Assembly: GCA_937625935.1 (NCBI GenBank) | Contig: OW569391.1 | Span: 186,001-250,000 of the forward strand | Source: Tetramitus jugosus | Lineage: Eukaryota > Protista > Heterolobosea | Direction: 5' to 3' | DNA length: 64,000 nt | In this document: positions 57,504 to 64,000 of the stretch, piece after piece | Position numbering within the stretch: the first letter of the stretch is position 1 | Layout: each line of letters begins with the position of its first letter | Position numbers and translations under genes: made by a program | The notes under the pieces: model-generated | Database searches by the model: none | The model's input: only the letters and a program-made list of their open reading frames with translations | What the model was told of the DNA's origin: nothing

Positions 57504-58350
57504 TGCGTGGTAGATGCAAGGCTTGCGGAAAATGACCGGATTATTTGGGGTTTTCGTTGATGCGGACTATACACACCAGAATTTTGGTCATTGCATCCAG
57601 TGGAAATGACGGTGAGTCATTGTCGAGCGTGTCGACAGACAGTCTCGAAAAAATGGAGAGTTCCCGGTTCGACGATTCACAAAGTGAGGATAGTGATGTT
57701 GTCTCAGAAAGTGATTCTAGTGATGAAGAGGATGATGAGGATTACACAAAAGAACAAGTTCAAACCCAGAAGATTTGCGATTGCTCACCAAGAACCAGAG
57801 AGGAGACTCTCAAACAATTATTGGTCACTATGAGCGACGGAAAGTTTAGCCCATCGCAAACCATGTCATTGTTGAAGTACTTGAATTGGTTGTTTCCAAG
57901 TTACAACTTTCCTTCATCAAGGAAAAAACTCTTCTCAGCATTATAGATGGAGTTAGATTACAAAAAACGGTATATTTGTGTGTCTTGTAAGCTCTGCATG
58001 TCTAACAGATTTTGCTCTCAGTGTCGCGAAGGTTCAACTGACTACTTTCTTGAAATGGACTTACAAAGATGGTTTAGCAACAAGTGCAAGAACCATACCT
58101 TCCAACATCTCATTGAACAAGGCAGAAAGAAAGGACAGCAGATGATGCAATGTCAATCATACGATGACATTTATTCAGGGGAAATTACAAACAAGCTGTG
58201 AAGTATGCTCAGGTGCACAACATTGAGGAGTACATCACCACCATGAACGAGTGTGATGGTGTGAGTGTCTTCAAGTCCTCTTCCTTTTCAATTTGGCCTT
58301 GTTTGACAATGATCAATGAACTTCCTTATGAAGAAAGAGTGAAACCTGGA
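57504..58350 (+). mobile_element. Decayed, 3'-truncated CACTA/EnSpm-like (Transposase_21-type) transposase
   Basis: LLKYLNWLFP..FPSS, CxxC..CxxC, DDIYSGE and DGVSVFKSSSFSIWP...INELPYEER; in-frame TAG at 57944-57946 and a frameshift near 58198; no TIRs found. Confidence 0.8.
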
Positions 58351-59764
58351 CTGTCAGTCATTGCCTTTCATAGGCTGTTGGGGCTCGATGGCCTTCATCG
58401 TGCCCATTACTCCGACAATTTTTTGCAGATGGAGACACGAAACGCTCAAAAAGAAAAAGTGGTTTTTTTTATTCAATGGGTTTTTTCAGAAGGGGAGAGG
58501 AAAGATAATTTTTCTGCAGCTGCTCCATTTTTCAGATTCCTATTGCTCTGTTGTTTCTAGTATGATCAGTAGTCCTGTGGATTTCCCCATCAAACTGAAA
58601 TACAAACTTAAAGGTGGATTGATTATTCATCAAAAAATGTTTTTCCGACAAGTTGTGTCACGGGCTGTGTTTCATAGAACTCCGGGATATGTTCAACAAG
58701 GAATGGACTTTGGCTTAGATAGATCAGAGACATATGATTGTAGTCTGTGAAACAAGTAACAATATGTAAAGAATCTCCATGGTTAATTAGTCTTCATCGA
58801 CTCTAGTATTGATTACATGGGTCCGTTATTAGCGAAGGGGAAGAGAAGGATCGCCCATAAAGTCCAAAGAATTTATTCCCAAACATTATCTGAAGATGAG
58901 AACGTTAGTGGACAAGCAGGATTTGACTCTTATGAATTTCAGAGCTCTCATTCTCCTGATTATCTTTTGAATCAAGTGTGGGAGTTAACTCGACCGGTGG
59001 AAGAACATGAAGCCGACATAAATTGTACTTTCAACCTAACCACTCCATACTGCAATGTTATTGGTTCCAGAGTCGTCTATCACACTCGTATGAGGCCTGT
59101 CACTTGTCCATGAGACAAACCAGTTGGTTGTGATATTGATCTTAATCACCGAACCAAGTGCAAGAAATGGTGAAGAACTCAACTGAAAGTTTGAAATTGG
59201 TTTACACCACGATTAAACGGTTTAGAGTTGTTGGGTGAACAATTTCAAGGAGATCTTAATCTCGAGAGTCACAGATTTCATTGTGGTAATGCTGTTGGGA
59301 AATAGAGATATAGGAGTTCATGTTGGATACGCTTGATAATGTCAAGCAAACGCAAACCCTTACTCGAAGGAGCATCTTCAAATCCAATACCTGGGCCAAA
59401 TTACTTTATGGCTCTGGTATCACCATCAGTACTGACAACTGTCATGAATGTGAATGGCAGAATTACAGAAAGATAAGGAGTGTGAACTAGCTAGGGTGAT
59501 AAGAGGAAAGTTGGCTGAAGACTGAAGGTGAACTGTTCGATGGAACGACACGAAGAAATCTAGAAATTCTCGCGATGTTCGTGCAAGGTTGATGGGCAAG
59601 GAAGGTGATACAGGGAAGACATAACAATTGTTCTTTTTGTGGCACGGGTTCTCAATCGCTTAGGCGTTTTCTATTCTTCAAGTGTCGGAGTGTCACTCAA
59701 GGTCATTTTTGGAGAAATGATCTACGGCTCATTCAAAAAACGATCGCCGAAAAATCGAACATAG

Positions 59765-62498
59765 ATGAAGCCAAAGATTGAAACAAGTCGAAATGAGTCT
59801 CTTTGTCCTCTAAAGACACTAGACCATCTGTTCTTCAAGGACGAGATGTCACCAGAGATTGGAACTCCTTCTCGGAATGAATATGATTTCACACCTGAGA
59901 AAAGTGAAAATATCAAGGTTGCCATTCGTGTACGACCTCTCACCAAAGAGGAGAACGAGAGTGAAGAAGCTGTATCGGTGTTGGATGTAAGTATTGCGTG
60001 TAGGGATCCTCGCTTCTTTTCAAGCTCTAACACACAATCGTATGAATTGTCAATCACCAATTGACTCATTGAATTCATAGGAATCAACCGTGATCATCAA
60101 AAAGGGTCTCTCTAGGGCTCAAATGTTCTTTGATCGTGTTTTCCCTCCAGAAACCACTCAAACACAGATTTATGACATGGTCAAAGGTATCATTCATGCC
60201 GTCATGGAGGGATATAATGGAACCGTGTTCGCATAGTATGTATCTACCTTGTTTCGTCAGTTGATGTGTTTGTCAAATGTTTCAGTACCACTAATAGATC
60301 TTCATGTTGCTTCGTCTAGTGGTCAAACAGGTACGGGCAAGACTCATACGATGCTAGGCGTTGACTTGAATCAGAACAACGATCATCAGAAAGGCATAAT
60401 CCCTCGAAGTGTGAATCATATTTTGGATCACATTGGCAATACTTCAAGTCATGTAAAGTACAAACTTTATTGTTCATACCTTGAGATTTATAATGAGAAG
60501 ATATATGATTTGTTGGTGAACTCTGGTAAGAATCCGAAATCTCAAATCTTGGAAATTAGGGAAGATCGCTCCAGGGGAGTGTATGTACAAGATCTAACAT
60601 TCAGTGAAGTGTCAAAGAAAGAAGATATATTTTCATTGATGGAAAGAGGTGCAATTAACCGTAGTATTGCAGCCACAAACATGAACGATCGTTCGAGTCG
60701 GTCGCACACAGTGTTCTCGCTACACATCGAACAACAGGACAGAAAGAAAGTTGGCGACAATCCAGTGAAGGTCTCAAAGCTCAATTTAGTTGATTTAGCT
60801 GGAAGTGAAAAGTGGGATACGTTTGGTTCTCGAATTTCTGACAAGAGAATCCAGGAATTAACAAACATTAATCAGTCTTTAAGTACACTAGGAAATTGTA
60901 TTAGTGCTCTGATGAAACCAGGGAGATCTCACATCCCCTTCAGAGACTCTAAACTTACCCGCCTGTTGCAAGACTCTCTGGGCGGAAACACTAAGACAGT
61001 TTTCATTGCAACGATCTCTCCTTCTGTACTTTCTTACGAAGAGACACACTCCACCCTTAAATTTGCAGATAGAGCAAAACGAGTAGTGATGACCACTCGA
61101 GTTAACGAAGTTATTGATGATTCAATTCTCGTCAAGAGATACGAAAAAGAAATACACCGACTCAGGAAACTAGTCAAGGACAAATCCAATGACTCCGAGG
61201 AGTTGAGAAGGACAAAAGAAGAGAATAATCGATTGAAAAAGGAAAACATTGCTCTTCAGAACCAGTTGAAAAATCAAGGCCTATCAGGAATAGAAGATGT
61301 AGTCAAGAAGTCCGAACTTGGAAGAAAGTTTGAAGTACTTAGAGGCATCGAGTCAGATCAAAAGGACAGAGAGATAGAATTAGAACAGTACCATTCTTGG
61401 TTGCACTCGATTCCAGTGAAATATGAAGGTGAAGAGTACAGCTTAGATCTAAAGGAACGGTTGAAATTGATGGAGAATTCAGTACGTATGCAATCGTCAG
61501 AACTGGTGAGGGCCAAGAAACTGTTTATGCGAGATTTGAACATCGTGAAACAGGAACTGGCAGAGAAATACAAGGAAATTAACAGCTTGCAAACGGAACT
61601 GGAAGATAGGAAGGCAACATCGGTGCTAGTACCCCAGAGCTCTTCGGAAACATCTCCCAAATCTGATCATGTAGACAACAAGCTCACCCTTGATATTGAG
61701 CAGAAAGGAAAGGAACTTCGCAGTGGGATGGAAGAAGGTCTAGCAACGTTCCAAATCAACCTAAAAGGCATGATACGAGATTACCTACCAAATCAGAACT
61801 ATGATAATATCAACATGATTATTGAAGGTTGCTCAGAAGCTCTTGAAGAATCTGTTCTGAAGTCAGTTCAAGGCTTTGTTTCTCTTACTCAAAGCTCAGT
61901 GAGAGATATGTCCTCTACTTCTCGGAAATCCTTCTCATCTAAAACCAAGAAACTCTTGAATCAATCTCAACAGACTGATATTAGAGAATCAGAGAAGAAT
62001 ACCATTGAAACTATTAAACAATGTCTGCAACAAGCAACAAAGAATCAACAAGAGACAACTCGAAACGAACAATACTGGATAGAGATGATTGATCAAGTAC
62101 ATGTAGCTCGTTCCTTCCAATCAAGAGTGTACATGTACTCTGGAATTATGAAGAAATCTATTACTAGACTCTTATGCATCATTAAGAAGTTTCAACAAAC
62201 TGATGCTGAAAAGCTCGAGTACCACCGAAAATTTCTTGAGAATACACTCAGGGATCTGAATTTAGAACTGCAAGGATTTGAGACCCAAACAGGATACCAT
62301 TCTATTTCATTGATAGGAGATGAACCAGATCACTTACGTATCTACAGAAAAAGGAGTAAGTCTGTTCCCTCCATCAGTTCTCCAATCTCTGGTCACAGGA
62401 GCAGATTGTTGAAAAGGGAGTCAGAACTTGATGAAAGCACAGAAAGCACAGATAGTTGGGCATCATACGACCTTGGATTGGAAGATCTTGTCTTGTAA
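59765..62498 (+). CDS. N-terminal-motor kinesin; 3 exons (introns 59987-60080 and 60236-60319)
   Basis: [24 protein letters not shown] (spliced), [13 protein letters not shown] and [19 protein letters not shown]. Confidence 0.95.
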
Positions 62499-62824
62499 GA
62501 ATGCTTTTTGGGAGACGAATGTTCTCTCTTTAGCCATGCAATAAAGAATATCGTTCGTGCTAGTTCGTCCCACATTCTTGTTCGACTCGGTGAAAAAATG
62601 ATTTTGAGCAGGGAATCGTCGCACCCTGACAATTACCCATAAATTCAACAATCCATAAAACAGCTGCGTGGTTTATGACAATGCTCGCAAGACCTATCCG
62701 TTGTGCCGAGATTGAATACAATGTTCTCTGTCGTCCCAAATCACTCGCGTATGCAACACACAGGGCTGGTGATCAAGATGGAGCGACACTTTAATGTCAC
62801 AACATTTTATTTGAATATTTAGAT

Positions 62825-63370
62825 TTAGAAGAGGCCTGCTGACTTCTTGAGTCTTGATTGTTGATGAGTACTTAGCTGTATAAATCTGTCATAGTCCATT
62901 TTGAATACTTTCTCAAACTCTTCGTCCGACAGATACATCTCCTTCTTTGTTGGATTCACACCCTTGGGAAATGAGTGTCTCAAATCATGGTACGAGAAAA
63001 TGTGTGTCTCTGGATCCAAATACTCTCCTTGAACTTTTTTCTTCAGGTCACTAAGAGCCTTCTCCTTCTTCTCCCGCTCCTCTTGTTCTCTCTTTTGTTG
63101 TGCTAGTTGCATTTGGTCAAGGTAGGAACCAAACTCAAATGTCGTGTCATCTCTAAACTCTGCATTGCCCCATCGTGTCTGATCACAGGACCTCGTCGTC
63201 TTATTTACACTTCTCATCTTTTCATCGGCATCCAGATAGGAACCGTAGTCGAGCTTGGTGGGATCATTGACTTCCTCGAAAGCCTGGCCCCAACGATTCG
63301 CCTCCGATAGCTTGAACCCAACCATGACACTTGCTCTTCTGTTTACGCTTGATAACCTTGGACTCTCCAT
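62825..63370 (-). CDS. Villin-headpiece domain protein
   Basis: C-terminal PKGVNPTKKEMYLSDEEFEKVF...LKKSAGLF. Confidence 0.9.
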   Translation of the reverse strand: MESPRLSSVNRRASVMVGFKLSEANRWGQAFEEVNDPTKLDYGSYLDADEKMRSVNKTTRSCDQTRWGNAEFRDDTTFEFGSYLDQMQLAQQKREQEEREKKEKALSDLKKKVQGEYLDPETHIFSYHDLRHSFPKGVNPTKKEMYLSDEEFEKVFKMDYDRFIQLSTHQQSRLKKSAGLF

Positions 63371-63699
63371 TGTTATTATTCTTATTCTTATTGTTATTAT
63401 TTACACTGGTGGTGTTGATTATCTTGATATCTCTTTTGTTGAGTGTCCTATTTGTTGTGTTCCTCAAATTGGCTTTTGTGTGCGCCAACAGAGCTGCAAA
63501 AGAAGAAGGGCTAAAAAGACTGTGGTGTTGGCTTCGCTTCGTGGTTGACAGGCTTGTCATCCATAACGAAAAAAAATGGACCGAATCATCGAAAAATTGA
63601 GGATCCGTGCTGTCGAATCTGATCGCTCACACGAACGAAGCAGCAGTTTCTTGTTCTCTGTATGTGTTGGCTGTGGTGTGACATGACGATACTATTCAC

Positions 63700-64000
63700 T
63701 CACAGTAAGTCTCGATAGGAGATGAATGAGTAGCCACACTGCCTGGATTGATCGTCAGACAAGTGGATAAGACACTGCTCGGATTGAGCAATCATTCTCT
63801 CCAGAGCAGAATGACCACCATGATGGATCACTTCTGAACTCGCGGATGTTTCAGAGGATGAAGAACTATGAGGATTCATTGGCTCAACCTCCAAAATGGC
63901 CCGATTCACCATTTGGGATACTTCGTTGCGATGAACGTGCAACTGCAAAAGATAGCGCAACTCTGGTGGAACATTGTTTGCTGGATAAGCCAAGAGCAGA
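63700..64000 (-). CDS. 3' end of a CTLH/CRA-domain protein (RanBPM/RANBP9-10-like); partial
   Basis: LLAYP...YLL...RNEVSQMVNRAIL...SALERMIAQ...C matches the CRA-domain pattern. Confidence 0.7.
   Translation of the reverse strand, partial: LLLAYPANNVPPELRYLLQLHVHRNEVSQMVNRAILEVEPMNPHSSSSSETSASSEVIHHGGHSALERMIAQSEQCLIHLSDDQSRQCGYSFISYRDLL

Noticed and set aside
1-64000. Fanzor/TnpB, RT, CRISPR or viral hallmark genes
   Set aside because: No RuvC/zinc-finger, YADD, repeat-spacer or capsid/polB signatures recognised by eye; an HMM search is needed to exclude remote homologs.

Overview
Gene-dense eukaryotic (protist) nuclear DNA. It has short GT-AG introns, the standard genetic code, CAA-rich leaders and poly-Q/N/T tracts. 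Gene content suggests a Naegleria-like heterolobosean (inference only). Intact conserved genes: PTEN, MED21, SHAQKYF Myb, MCM3, IBA57, CYP450, NUP205, RPS7, VTI1, DRP5A-like dynamin, EF-hand protein, SSX2IP, LAMTOR3, RPS9, TSEN54, Zn2Cys6-PAS factor, EMB2735-like, kinesin, villin-headpiece protein, and partial kinase-beta-helix and RanBPM-like genes at the edges. These alternate with accessory blocks: an F-box paralog cluster with a captured Ras gene, Crinkler-like NTPase-REase genes, LRR and membrane-protein pseudogenes, and a decayed CACTA/EnSpm-like transposase. There are three tRNA genes (iMet, Gly-TCC, and a D-arm-damaged Asp-GTC). The main finding is two independent poly(A)-tailed insertions with target-site duplications, 52 nt and 46 nt upstream of tRNA-Gly and tRNA-Asp. 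Both have their 5' ends facing the tRNA and share a 3'-terminal motif flanked by hairpins. This points to a tRNA-gene-targeting non-LTR retroelement system resembling Dictyostelium TRE5, with one copy carrying a Cys-rich/collagen-like cargo ORF. All calls are from manual reading; no searches were run.
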